From NCBI GenBank assembly GCA_963790475.1, contig CAWBOS010000010.1, positions 64,001-128,000 on the forward strand: 64,000 bases of DNA, written 5' to 3'. The position numbers and the translations under genes are program-made. Below are positions 50,933-60,539 of the stretch, one piece after another. A model generated the notes under the pieces. That model ran no database searches. It was not told the DNA's origin and saw nothing but the letters and a program-made list of their open reading frames with translations. Position 1 is the first letter of the stretch. Each line of letters starts with the position of its first letter. This DNA comes from an uncultured delta proteobacterium (GTDB taxonomy: Bacteria > Desulfobacterota > RBG-13-43-22).

Positions 50933-51005
50933 GGGTTCGAGGGGTCCAGGATTCAAGGGTTCTAGGGAAATGCTTAGAAATTACAAAGAGCTGAAGGCTT
51001 GGTAA
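50933..51005 (+). repeat. Octamer array followed by the 5' stub of a four-helix-bundle (IVP) gene
   Basis: GGGTTCGA GGGGTCCA GGATTCAA GGGTTCTA, then ATG 50970 encoding MLRNYKELKAW-stop. Confidence 0.65.
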
Positions 51006-51026
51006 GGACGAAAAGGAACAAAGAGA

Positions 51027-51082
51027 TTGACAAATATCGACCATTCATTTAAACTAAATAAACTAAGTTCATTAGACTAACT
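51027..51082 (+). promoter_or_regulatory. Sigma70 promoter and repeated ACTAA operator of the vapBC-like locus
   Basis: TTGACA-17-TAAACT; repeats AAACTAAAT, AAACTAAGT and AGACTAACT. Confidence 0.65.
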
Positions 51083-51100
51083 TCTTGATCGGGGTAGGCT

Positions 51101-51349
51101 ATGGAAACAGTGAATATTCATGAAGCGAAGACGCACCTTTCCCGTCTGGTTGAAGAGGCCGCGCAAGGGAAATCCTTTATTATTGCCAAAGCTGGAAAGC
51201 CGATGGTTAAGGTTTTGCCGTTGTCCGCAGAGGATGGGAAGGCTGCTGAAAAGCTCGGATTTATGGCGGGGGAGATTTCAACACCGGACGATTTTGATAC
51301 TCTTGGGGCTACGGAGATTATGGAACTTATTGAGGGCAGGCCGGCGTGA
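51101..51349 (+). CDS. Phd/YefM-family antitoxin
   Basis: VNIHEAKTHLSRLV...IIAKAGKP; PDDFD. Confidence 0.92.
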   Translation: METVNIHEAKTHLSRLVEEAAQGKSFIIAKAGKPMVKVLPLSAEDGKAAEKLGFMAGEISTPDDFDTLGATEIMELIEGRPA

Positions 51350-51732
51350 AACTGCTGCTCGATACACACATCCTCTTATGGGCGGCGGGGGAGCCTGAAA
51401 AACTATCGGCATCAGCCCGCTCCCTTCTGACGACATCGGAAAACATTCTGTTTTTTAGTGCGGCCAGCCTTTGGGAGATTGTTATCAAGCTGGGACTTGG
51501 ACGAGAAGATTTTAAGATTGATCCTTATCGTTTGAGAAAGATGCTCTTAGCGCATGGATATACAGAACTCGTTGTAACCACTGAACATGCCTTGAAAGTT
51601 CATTCGCTGCCGTTTCTTCATAAGGACCCTTTTGACCGGCTGTTGATTGCCCAAGCCCGTACGGAAGGGATGCTGTTGCTCACCGGTGATTCTTCCGTTT
51701 CCCAATATCAAGAATCAGTATTGGCTGTGTGA
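51346..51732 (+). CDS. vapC: PIN-domain (VapC) toxin
   Basis: LLDTH, SLWEI, HKDPFDRLLIAQA and LTGD. Confidence 0.92.
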   Translation: MKLLLDTHILLWAAGEPEKLSASARSLLTTSENILFFSAASLWEIVIKLGLGREDFKIDPYRLRKMLLAHGYTELVVTTEHALKVHSLPFLHKDPFDRLLIAQARTEGMLLLTGDSSVSQYQESVLAV

Positions 51733-51825
51733 TATAAATAAATAGGGATAGCTGAAGCTTTATAAGAACTTGCAGGACCATTCAAAAAATGATTTATTCC
51801 GCATTTCTTTTTCTTCAATTCCGCC

Positions 51826-52641
51826 TCAATGGCCTGCTGGAAAGCCTCCAGGCTTCGTTGGTTGGCCACTTTCCCGTTTAGGAAGACCGTTCGGGGTAGC
51901 TCTCACGCTCGCCTCCGCCGCAATGTTCAGTGCCCTGTCAATCTTGGAAGCCGTAGCCTGGTCTTTTAAATCCTGATGGAACTGTTCCATGTTTAAACCG
52001 ATCTCGCCGGCAATGGCCTCCATCCGGGTCTCATTAAGCTCCCTATAATGCTCGAACAGTTTTTGGTGCATCTCCCAGAACTTCCCCTGATTGGCCGCCG
52101 CCAGGGCGCTGGCGGCTGCCTTTCTGACGAAACTGTGGTTAGGGAGGGGAAAGTTTATGATCACCAGCTTGACTTCTTTCGGATATTTCTCCAGCACCTG
52201 CCGGAGGAGGGGCTCAAGCCCCGCACAATAAGGTCACTGGTAATCGTCGAAAACCACCAGGGTCACGGGCGCGTTTTCAGGCCCTTTGAAAGGGTGCCCG
52301 GTCACATCGATTTTATAGATCATCTCGAAAGTAAGGATTTGAAGCGCCTTTTTCGTGCTGCTTGAGATTATAACCCCATTCCCCCCGGCCAGCGGAGCGA
52401 TCCGGTCGAACCCCTTGTCCACCGAGACATTCCCGACGATCTTCCCGTCCTTAAAGGAGTAAACCAGGACCTCTCCAGGGGTCAGGACGAATAAACGCTG
52501 TCCGTCGGTTGAGGTGGCCACGTCAAGCGGGGTTGCCTTCAGATCAACGGGGTTGAAAATCCGCCACTCCATATCGGCCTGAGCCCGTGGGGCGATACAA
52601 ATTGATCCAGCCATGAAAAAGAGGATCAAAATAATTTTCAT
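51826..52641 (-). CDS. Exported DsbA/thioredoxin-fold selenoprotein (UPYC), TGA 52234-52236 read as Sec; C-terminal tail frameshifted
   Basis: KGPENAPVTLVVFDDYQ-TGA-PYC joins ORFs 52234-52677 and 51826-52197 in frame; NFPL, QGKFWEMH and VRATP; SECIS-like hairpin at 52209-52222. Confidence 0.87.
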
Positions 52642-53285
52642 GGGGTCAAATCTTTCAAATTGACAATTTCTTTTCAATCCGGTCCACTTCCTTTCTTAAG
52701 GCTTGGTCTTTTTCCATTCGCAAAGCCGATCTTTTCCTGGTTTGACTTACGGGTAATTTGGTAAAACGCTCAAGGGTATTCAAGTCTTAAAGGTCGGGAC
52801 ATAAATTACTCATAATATTCCCTGGGTCATTTGTCAATTTGAAAGAATTGACCGCGGCTACTACCTCGATCCCCTTCGTCTAAGTCGGAATAATGGGTCA
52901 ATTTGATCGGAAACATACAGATAGACTAAGCATATAATAAATGATAAAATATCAACTTAAAAAAAAGAAATAAATGTACCAGCGCCCGTTTGCAAGCCTC
53001 AAGTCAAGAATTAGAGCAAAAGGAGCAATGGCTATGAACGACAAAGAACTCTTAAGCTCACATATTTTAAAAACTGAATCACTCCGTATAAATGCCGCCT
53101 CCTTTCATTTTTCATCCTTCCTCATATCCGGTGCTTCTCGGGATCTCGGAATTCCTCAGTTTAAAAGATGCCTTCTATAATTTAGCTATTTCATCATTCA
53201 GGACCCGGCTGCGCTAAGCTGCTCCAAAGACAGCGGGCCATCCTCTGAAAGTCCTTTTCTTTCCCAAAGAGCTTTTCCGCCCCAC

Positions 53286-53669
53286 TCACCCTTCTTTTTT
53301 TGTGAGTGCCTGAGTGATGTCGAGATCTGTCCCTGGGTTGCTTGAATCCCCGTTCTCCTGGATGCCCTGGAACCAATAGGAACGAATTGCGACCGCCACA
53401 CCCTTCCTGGCATTCTCTTTCACCCTGACCACTTTTCCTGAACAGTGCATGCGGACCAACAGCCCTGGGTGGAAATGTTCCAAGGGCAAGTCAAATTGGG
53501 CGGGCTGGCCGGGTAAGATGGTCAGGTCCGTCTCGGTCTCGAAGTAAATCCCCGCGGCGCTGAAATCACGGGTCATACCCTCATACCGGCAGTTTCCGCA
53601 TCCAAACTCTACCGGCACTTGGCCCTGAAACCGCGGTGCCACTCGTCTTTCGATAATTTCTTCAGCCAT
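53286..53669 (-). CDS. PilZ-domain c-di-GMP receptor
   Basis: ERRVAPR (RxxxR), DFSAAG and GKVVR. Confidence 0.82.
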   Translation of the reverse strand: MAEEIIERRVAPRFQGQVPVEFGCGNCRYEGMTRDFSAAGIYFETETDLTILPGQPAQFDLPLEHFHPGLLVRMHCSGKVVRVKENARKGVAVAIRSYWFQGIQENGDSSNPGTDLDITQALTKKEG

Positions 53670-53854
53670 TTTAAGCCTCGTGGGCTGTATATTAGCTGTT
53701 GAAATGGCAGGAAACAATCGCTCGACGGATAGATTTTTCTATAACCTTAGATATAGATTAACGCCATCTGATATGTTTTATAGATGGCCGGAGAGCAATG
53801 ATCTTGTTTTGACCATTGGATTGGTATAGAATAAGTTCGACTGAACTAATCAAA

Positions 53855-54027
53855 GGAGCCAAGGTTTCAAGGGGCCAAGGATTCAAGTGAAAAGAGTGGA
53901 GATTAAAAGCACGCGGTTTGGGGAACCTTTTTTTAGCTCGACTCTGGGCCTCTTTGGGAAGCCTCTTCTATAGGTCGGCAAAGCCGACCGCAAAGTCGAG
54001 GGGCTGAACCCTCGAATCCATGAACCC
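53855..54027. repeat. Inverted octamer array with a nested palindrome, upstream of trmFO
   Basis: GGAGCCAA GGTTTCAA GGGGCCAA GGATTCAA ... TGAACCC TCGAATCC ATGAACCC; inner GGTCGGC-AAA-GCCGACC. Confidence 0.75.
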
Positions 54028-54086
54028 TATTTTCGGAAAAGGCTTTCAAACACGGGAGGGCACAACAAATCATGAAAATGGTTATT

Positions 54087-54116
54087 CGCCGAACGCCGAA
54101 CAGCGAACGCCGAACG
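54087..54116. repeat. Heptamer tandem repeat in the trmFO leader
   Basis: CGCCGAA CGCCGAA CAGCGAA CGCCGAA CG. Confidence 0.75.
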
Positions 54117-54124
54117 TTATTTTC

Positions 54125-55435
54125 ATGTTGACGATCACCATCATCGGTGGGGGATTGGCCGGGTGTGAGGCCGCCTGGCAGGCGATAGGGCAGGGGGGTG
54201 AGGTCCGGATTCTGGAAATGAAGCCTCTGCGTTTTTCTCCGGCCCACCAGTCTCCCTTATTGGCCGAACTGGTATGCAGTAATTCTCTGCGCTCTCAGGA
54301 CCCGGAAAGCGCGGTCGGGCTGCTCAAAGAGGAAATGCGTCTCTTGGGTTCTCTGGTCATGGAATCAGCCCTGACACACCGAGTGCCGGCGGGAAAAGCC
54401 CTGGCGGTGGACCGCGAAAACTTCGCCCGATTTATCACCGATAAAATTATTAATCATCCCTTGATTCAGGTTGTTCATCAGGATGTTTCCACCATTCCCG
54501 ATATAGGCCCTTTGATCCTGGCTACCGGTCCTTTGACCACCGATGAATTGGCCCAGGAGCTTGGTACGCTGTTGGGTTCAAATCATTTGCATTTTTATGA
54601 CGCCATCGCACCCATCGTTTTTCTGGATTCCATTGACTTAAATAAGGCCTATAAGGGTTCAAGGTATGGTCACGGTGGGGATGACTATATCAACTGCCCT
54701 TTAAATGAAGAAGAATACCGGATCTTCCTGAGGCAACTCCTGCAAGCCGAACAGGTGCCGCTTCATTCTTTTGAGGAGCCCCGTTTTTTTGAAGGTTGTC
54801 TGCCGATTGAAATCATGGCCGGGCGGGGAATAGACACCCTGCGATTCGGTCCGATGAAACCGGTGGGTCTACCCGATCCCCGAACGGGCAAGATTCCTCA
54901 TGCGGTTGTTCAACTCCGTCAGGATAATCAAGAGGGAACTTTATTCAATATGGTGGGATTTCAGACCAAGCTGAAATGGCCGGAACAGGAGCGCGTCTTT
55001 CGTCTGATCCCCGGTCTGGAACGGGCGGAGTTCGCCCGGTTGGGGAGTATCCACCGTAATATCTTTGTCAATGGTCCGGAAGTGCTGCTGCCTACCCTGC
55101 AACTCAAAAAAAACCAGGGAATTTTTCTGGCCGGTCAGATTACCGGGGTGGAAGGTTATGTGGAATCAGCGGCCATGGGGATTCTGGCCGGGATCAACGC
55201 CGGTCGGCTCGCACAAAACAAAACACTGATTATTCCTCCGAAGACCACCGCCATTGGGGCCCTGGTGGCCCATATCAGCCGAGAACCTAAAAAAGATTTT
55301 CAACCCATGAACGTCAACCTTGGTCTTTTTCCCCCCCTGGAGGGAAAAGTTCCCCGCCGGCTTCGCGGGAAAGCCTATGCTGAAAGGGCCTTGAGCGATT
55401 TGAGAACTTGGATGGTTTTGGAAGGTCTGAATTGA
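54125..55435 (+). CDS. trmFO: Folate/FAD-dependent tRNA (U54)-methyltransferase
   Basis: [33 protein letters not shown] and [10 protein letters not shown]. Confidence 0.97.
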   Translation: MLTITIIGGGLAGCEAAWQAIGQGGEVRILEMKPLRFSPAHQSPLLAELVCSNSLRSQDPESAVGLLKEEMRLLGSLVMESALTHRVPAGKALAVDRENFARFITDKIINHPLIQVVHQDVSTIPDIGPLILATGPLTTDELAQELGTLLGSNHLHFYDAIAPIVFLDSIDLNKAYKGSRYGHGGDDYINCPLNEEEYRIFLRQLLQAEQVPLHSFEEPRFFEGCLPIEIMAGRGIDTLRFGPMKPVGLPDPRTGKIPHAVVQLRQDNQEGTLFNMVGFQTKLKWPEQERVFRLIPGLERAEFARLGSIHRNIFVNGPEVLLPTLQLKKNQGIFLAGQITGVEGYVESAAMGILAGINAGRLAQNKTLIIPPKTTAIGALVAHISREPKKDFQPMNVNLGLFPPLEGKVPRRLRGKAYAERALSDLRTWMVLEGLN

Positions 55436-56493
55436 TCGGAATAGGGGAGAAGGGAAGGCTTCTGATTATTCACCAGGGGGCCTTGGGGGATCTGATGATG
55501 TCCCTCCCGGCCCTTTATTCCCTGCGTATGTTCCAAGCTGGAGTCGCCTGGACTATGGCCGGAAATTTGGAGACCCTATCTCTGCTTCATAAAAGGTTCT
55601 ATGCTCAAGAGATCATTTCAATCCAAAAAAAAGAATGGGTCTGTTTTTTTCAGGAAGATGGCCGTTTACCGGAAAAGTTCGGGCAATTTTTATCCTCGTT
55701 TCCAAAAGCCTATGTGTTTTCAGCCCATCACCCGGAAATATGGATTCAGGGATTAAACCGGGCCGGTGTCAAAAAGACTTGTTGGATCCCCTCCTTCCCG
55801 GATGTTCAACAGGGGTTCAATCTGCAATCCCTTCAAAGAAAGATACTTGATTCGGAAAATATTCCCTGGAGGCTGCCGGAAAAGACTATTTTCCCGAATG
55901 CGGAAGATTTACAGAAAGCCCGTCTGTATCTGCGAAAACATTTAGGGTTAGGAGAAGGACAGCCTCTTTGGGCCATCCATCCCGGCAGCGGCAGCCCTCA
56001 TAAAAATTGGCCGTTGGTCCGATTTTTAGAAACGGCCGGAAAACTGAGAGACCACCAGCGAATTCAACCGATTTTTCTATCAGGTCCGGTGGAACAGGAA
56101 ACCGATCCTTCTTTGATCCCGGCGATTCAAACCCGAGGGTTCCCAATCGTCAGGAATATATCCCTGCCTATTCTGGCCGCTGTGTTGTCTTATTGCAGAG
56201 GATATCTGGGCAATGATTCCGGGATTTCCCACTTAGCCGCCGCTGTGGGTATTCCCACGGTGGTTATTTTCGGTCCTACCGATCCCACCTTCTGGAGTCC
56301 TCAAGGAACTGCGGTAAAAATTTTATCGCCTAACTGTTCCTGCGCCCCCTGTGACCGTGAAGTCATGCGGAATTGTACTACGAAGGAATGTCTGACCTCT
56401 TTGAAGGCTCAACAGGTCTTGGAGGTCATAGGTACCGAAATAAAAAATAGTTCTTTAGATCAAAGGGTTTCAACATCGGGGCATGAAGAATAA
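55408..56493 (+). CDS. Glycosyltransferase family 9 (heptosyltransferase-like)
   Basis: [29 protein letters not shown] and FGPT. Confidence 0.9.
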   Translation: MDGFGRSELIGIGEKGRLLIIHQGALGDLMMSLPALYSLRMFQAGVAWTMAGNLETLSLLHKRFYAQEIISIQKKEWVCFFQEDGRLPEKFGQFLSSFPKAYVFSAHHPEIWIQGLNRAGVKKTCWIPSFPDVQQGFNLQSLQRKILDSENIPWRLPEKTIFPNAEDLQKARLYLRKHLGLGEGQPLWAIHPGSGSPHKNWPLVRFLETAGKLRDHQRIQPIFLSGPVEQETDPSLIPAIQTRGFPIVRNISLPILAAVLSYCRGYLGNDSGISHLAAAVGIPTVVIFGPTDPTFWSPQGTAVKILSPNCSCAPCDREVMRNCTTKECLTSLKAQQVLEVIGTEIKNSSLDQRVSTSGHEE

Positions 56494-56532
56494 TTTCGAC
56501 CAACGAAGGGACCCGAACGACGGACCTGTTTT

Positions 56533-57006
56533 CTATTGGGGCCGAATAGGATATTCTTTATCGTTTAACTTGAGAACAAATCCGCCGGAATTGTCCTCGG
56601 TGATGCTTTCGGCTATTTGATAGTAAGCCGGACGCAAGAATCGGGCCGGGAATTGACCATTTTTAGTCGTACAGTAAAGGACGCTTTCCGAACTGATTCT
56701 TAAGGTAAGCGGGTCGAGAATTTCCCGGGATTCATCATTCAAGGTAATGCGGATGTGTGCCCGTTCTTCCAGTCCTTCATGGATCAAGTCCACCTGTCGT
56801 ACTACCAGGGGGGTATCTTCTACCTCCAGAAAACATTTCCGATTATTCAGATGGACAATAAATAATCCATCTTCCGTTTTTTCCAGGCTTTGAATCATCC
56901 AAAGAAAAATGGGGCGATGGATGATTTCTGCGCCCTCATGAAACCATTTCCCTTCCTTGCTGACGAAGATCATGCAAGGGGGGATGGATTTACCGTAATC
57001 GGTCAT
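56533..57006 (-). CDS. DUF1285-like protein
   Basis: EGKWFHEGAEI, LEVEDTPLVV and ARFLRPAYYQ. Confidence 0.7.
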   Translation of the reverse strand: MTDYGKSIPPCMIFVSKEGKWFHEGAEIIHRPIFLWMIQSLEKTEDGLFIVHLNNRKCFLEVEDTPLVVRQVDLIHEGLEERAHIRITLNDESREILDPLTLRISSESVLYCTTKNGQFPARFLRPAYYQIAESITEDNSGGFVLKLNDKEYPIRPQ

Positions 57007-57021
57007 ATTTCTCCAGTCGGG

Positions 57022-57471
57022 TTAAAAATTCTTTTTGCTGTCTAATATAAAGGTTACCGGACCGTCATTGATAAGATGTATATCCATCATCTCCTGAAAG
57101 CGGCCGCAGGCCACAGTAACCCCTTTTTGTCGAACTTTTTCGATAAATCTTTCATATAAAGGGAGGGCCTGGGAAGGAGGGGCCGAGTCCGAAAATGAGG
57201 GCCGCCTTCCTTTCCGGCAATCCCCCAGGAGGGTAAACTGGGAGACGACCAAAACGGCCCCTCCCGTGTCAGTCACGGAAAGATTGAATTTCTGGTCCCC
57301 GTCCTGGAAGATCCGCAGGTGAATGACTTTTTCCACCAGGTACTCTACATCGGCTTCCATATCTCCGGCCTGGATGCCCAAAAAGACCAAAAGGCCCGGG
57401 CCGATTTCCCCGACCGTCTCTTCCCTGACTTTTACCCGGGCCTCTTTGACCCGCTGAACTACCAGGCGCAT
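57022..57471 (-). CDS. dtd: D-aminoacyl-tRNA deacylase
   Basis: [19 protein letters not shown] and NDGPVT. Confidence 0.97.
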   Translation of the reverse strand: MRLVVQRVKEARVKVREETVGEIGPGLLVFLGIQAGDMEADVEYLVEKVIHLRIFQDGDQKFNLSVTDTGGAVLVVSQFTLLGDCRKGRRPSFSDSAPPSQALPLYERFIEKVRQKGVTVACGRFQEMMDIHLINDGPVTFILDSKKNF

Positions 57472-57574
57472 GGTTCCTTAGCCACCTTTCAGGATAGGCT
57501 TTTTATTAGCACAATGCTTCAAGATGGAAAAGAAATATTTTTCTGGAAGGCTAATAAAAATTGGGTTGTTCTGG

Positions 57575-58294
57575 TTAGGCTGTTGATGAGGAGTTCAGAT
57601 AGGACTGATATTGCTTCTCCACCCGGACTATGTAATTCCGGGTTTCTTTGGGCAGGCCCGAAGGATTTTTTTCCAGGTTTCCCATGCCCCAGTTGTAGGC
57701 TGCCAGGGCCAACTTCTGGTTACCCTGGTAACGATCCAGGAGCCGGCTTAAGTACCGGGTGCCGGCCCTGATATTTTGGGCCGGGTCAAAGGGATCGGTC
57801 ACCCCTAATTCGGCGGCAGTCCTGGGCATCAATTGCATCAACCCCTGAGCACCGGCCGGAGATACGGCCTTGGAGTTACCGTTGCTTTCAACGGAGATAA
57901 CGGCTCTTATTAAAGAAGGGTCCACCCCGAATTGACCCGCCGTCCCTTGAATGATTTCGTCAATTTCTTGTCCCTTGGGTTGGCCTGTTGACAGACCGGG
58001 ACCGGGTTCGGATGATGGGTTTTTCAGAACCTGGTGGGGTTGCGAAAAGCTCTCCCCTAGAGAAGGGATTCCGGAAAATGAGGACCACTGTCCCTTTTGG
58101 TCTGTCTTCGATAAAATAGATTCTATTGTTTTTATTAAAAAATCGAGGGCCATTTTCTCCAAGGGGGACGAGAGGTTCATTTCATTTTTGAGAAGGTCAT
58201 GAAATGGAGAAGCTGGGTCGGAAAAGGAGGATGGCACAGTCACCCTCTGGTCGAGGTTTCCGGTTAGGCCGTAATTGGTCAGTTTTTCGATCAT
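57575..58294 (-). CDS. Soluble lytic transglycosylase (SLT) domain protein
   Basis: AVISVESN, AVSPAGAQGLMQLMP, LAAYNWG and ETRNY. Confidence 0.9.
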   Translation of the reverse strand: MIEKLTNYGLTGNLDQRVTVPSSFSDPASPFHDLLKNEMNLSSPLEKMALDFLIKTIESILSKTDQKGQWSSFSGIPSLGESFSQPHQVLKNPSSEPGPGLSTGQPKGQEIDEIIQGTAGQFGVDPSLIRAVISVESNGNSKAVSPAGAQGLMQLMPRTAAELGVTDPFDPAQNIRAGTRYLSRLLDRYQGNQKLALAAYNWGMGNLEKNPSGLPKETRNYIVRVEKQYQSYLNSSSTA

Positions 58295-58447
58295 GGTTAT
58301 TTTTAACTGCAATTCTTATGCCCGTTCGATAGTCTTAAATAAAAGGCCACTTTCCCCCGATAAATCGGATTTGATCATGGGCTTCCTATACAGATGGAAG
58401 GGGGGATGAGCCTAATTTCCCTTGCCCCTATCTTTTTCTTGACTTAT

Positions 58448-59854
58448 GAGCCTCTTGCAAAAGTCTATTTTTAGGGAATAGACAAGCATAAAGAGTGAGC
58501 CTCAGCGGTGGTTCTGTGTTAAGATGATGTTTAGAAAGAACACAAAAAAACACAGGAGACACCGATGAAGCTCTGGAAAAAAGTATCATGGTTAAGGGGT
58601 AGATTGCAACAAGGTTTATTTTCCGATTTAGAAGAATGTTGGGAACAGCCTTTGACTGAAAAAGAGGAACGGCTGGTGACGATATTGGAACTGGTTGAGG
58701 TTGAAAGATATGTTCCCCGGAGTTCTTTAAATCAGTGGATGGGGAGGAAGATCCTTGAGCGCCAAGCGATAGCGCGGGCTTTTGTGGCCAAGACGGTCTA
58801 TAACCATTCCTTCACCAGATCAACCATTGAACATTTGAAAACGACGTCTAATGTAAGACGCATCTGCGGGTTCGAAAAGGTATCCGACATTCCCTCTGAG
58901 GCCACTTTTTCCAGGGCCTTTGCGGAGTTTGCCGAAGGGGGGCTTGGCGAAAAAGTTCACGAAGCCCTGGTGGAACGTTGTTTAAAGCCGGAACTGGTTG
59001 GTCATATATCCCGAGACGCAACGGCCATAGAAGGTCGGGAAAAGCCGACTAAGAAGCCTGTAAAAGAAAAGCCTGCGCCGAAGAAGAGAGGACGTCCAGT
59101 CAAGGGAGAACTCCGTGATTCCAAGGAAGACAAACGCTTGACCAGGCAACGAGAGCAATCAGTTGAAGAGGCCTTAAAAGAATTGCCGGTTTACTGCGAC
59201 GTAGGGACCAAGAAGAACTCCAAAGGGTACAAAGAGACCTGGGTCGGGTATAAACTCCATGCCGATGTTAATGATTGCGGATTGCCGGTGAGTGTCGTCT
59301 TGACCGCAGCATCGCTTCATGACAGCCAGGTCGCTATACCGTTAATGAAGATGACTAGTTCCAAGGTGGATTATCTTTATGATTTGATGGATGCCGCTTA
59401 TGACGCTGGATCTATCTATGCAATCAGCAGAGCTCTGGGACATGTGCCCATTATCGACAAGAACTTCCGCGGTAAGGATGTGATCCCTATGGCTCCCCAC
59501 GAGGCCAGAAGATTTAATGGAAGGACAGCATCAGAACGGTTCAATAGCCGGTTAAAAGAAGAGTTCGGTGCCAAGAATGTCATGGTCCGAGGAGCCTTGA
59601 AAGTCAATCTCCATCTCATGTTTGGCGTCCTGGCGCTCTTTGCGGATCAGTTGATAAAGTTGGCTTCCTGAGTAAATTTTCAAAGAACGGGGTGAAAAGT
59701 TCAGGTCAGGAGGAGAACTATGCCTGAAAATTGTTACCAAAGTCTCAAATCTGACTATCGTCGTTAAGAAAGACCCAAAATTCCTAAATCGACTGGGATA
59801 ACTGCCTGCTGATATATTTCATCATGCAGTTTTTATAAGTTTTGCAAAAGGTTC
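58448..59854 (+). mobile_element. Complete insertion sequence (1407 bp) with imperfect IRs and a 4-bp TSD
   Basis: IRL GAGCCTCTTGCAAAAG; IRR (reverse complement) GAACCTTTTGCAAAAC; TTAT at 58444-58447 and 59855-59858. Confidence 0.87.
58565..59671 (+). CDS. DDE transposase (DDE_Tnp_1-like; family not firmly assigned)
   Basis: PSEATFSRAF, SRDAT, GYKLH, HDSQ, MDAAYD and ERFNSRLK. Confidence 0.92.
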   Translation: MKLWKKVSWLRGRLQQGLFSDLEECWEQPLTEKEERLVTILELVEVERYVPRSSLNQWMGRKILERQAIARAFVAKTVYNHSFTRSTIEHLKTTSNVRRICGFEKVSDIPSEATFSRAFAEFAEGGLGEKVHEALVERCLKPELVGHISRDATAIEGREKPTKKPVKEKPAPKKRGRPVKGELRDSKEDKRLTRQREQSVEEALKELPVYCDVGTKKNSKGYKETWVGYKLHADVNDCGLPVSVVLTAASLHDSQVAIPLMKMTSSKVDYLYDLMDAAYDAGSIYAISRALGHVPIIDKNFRGKDVIPMAPHEARRFNGRTASERFNSRLKEEFGAKNVMVRGALKVNLHLMFGVLALFADQLIKLAS

Positions 59855-60033
59855 TTATAGTAAGAATTATTTCGGAAAAGGGGTTTTATGAATCCAAAAC
59901 CTTCCTATAAACTTGGCGTCGGCCTTCTGTTCCCCTTTTCCCGTTAAAGGTAAGGGCTTAAAAAAATCGTTTCACGGGGATCAATTGTCGGTCCCTCAAG
60001 GCTGCAAAAAAATATAATCCTAAGGAGAAAAAA

Positions 60034-60477
60034 ATGGACGAAAAAAAAGACAAGGCCGGCTTTATCTGTGTTAAAGATACCCTGGACGGTGCCTATCCTT
60101 CCTTGGTTTTGGGAATCAATGCCGCCCGTCTGGGTATGGAAAGCAAGATTTTTTACTCTTTCATGGGGTTGAATATGGTCCTCAAAGGAGGTGCTGAAAG
60201 GGCTAAATTCATCCCACCGGGCGTTATGGGGGCTATTCCGGGTATGAGTACCATTGCCACAGGTATGATGAAAAAAAAGATTGATAAGGCCAACATCCCC
60301 AATCTGGAAGAAATGCAGGAAATGGCCCAACTGGAAGGGGTTCAACTCATCGCCTGTAAGATGACCGTGGATATGATGGAAATAGACGAAGAAAAACTCA
60401 TTGAAGGGGTTATCGTTTGGACGGCGGAGGATTTTCTGAAATATGCCAGAGAATGTAAGATTTGTCTCTTTACCTGA
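60034..60477 (+). CDS. DsrE/DsrF/DrsH-like (DsrE2-type) protein
   Basis: FYSFMGL, MMKKKI, LIACKMT and LFT C-terminus. Confidence 0.85.
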   Translation: MDEKKDKAGFICVKDTLDGAYPSLVLGINAARLGMESKIFYSFMGLNMVLKGGAERAKFIPPGVMGAIPGMSTIATGMMKKKIDKANIPNLEEMQEMAQLEGVQLIACKMTVDMMEIDEEKLIEGVIVWTAEDFLKYARECKICLFT

Positions 60478-60539
60478 TACAAGAACGGGTGGGGGCAGGA
60501 TCGGGGTATTCGATCCTGCCGATCCTGCCGTTGTAAATA

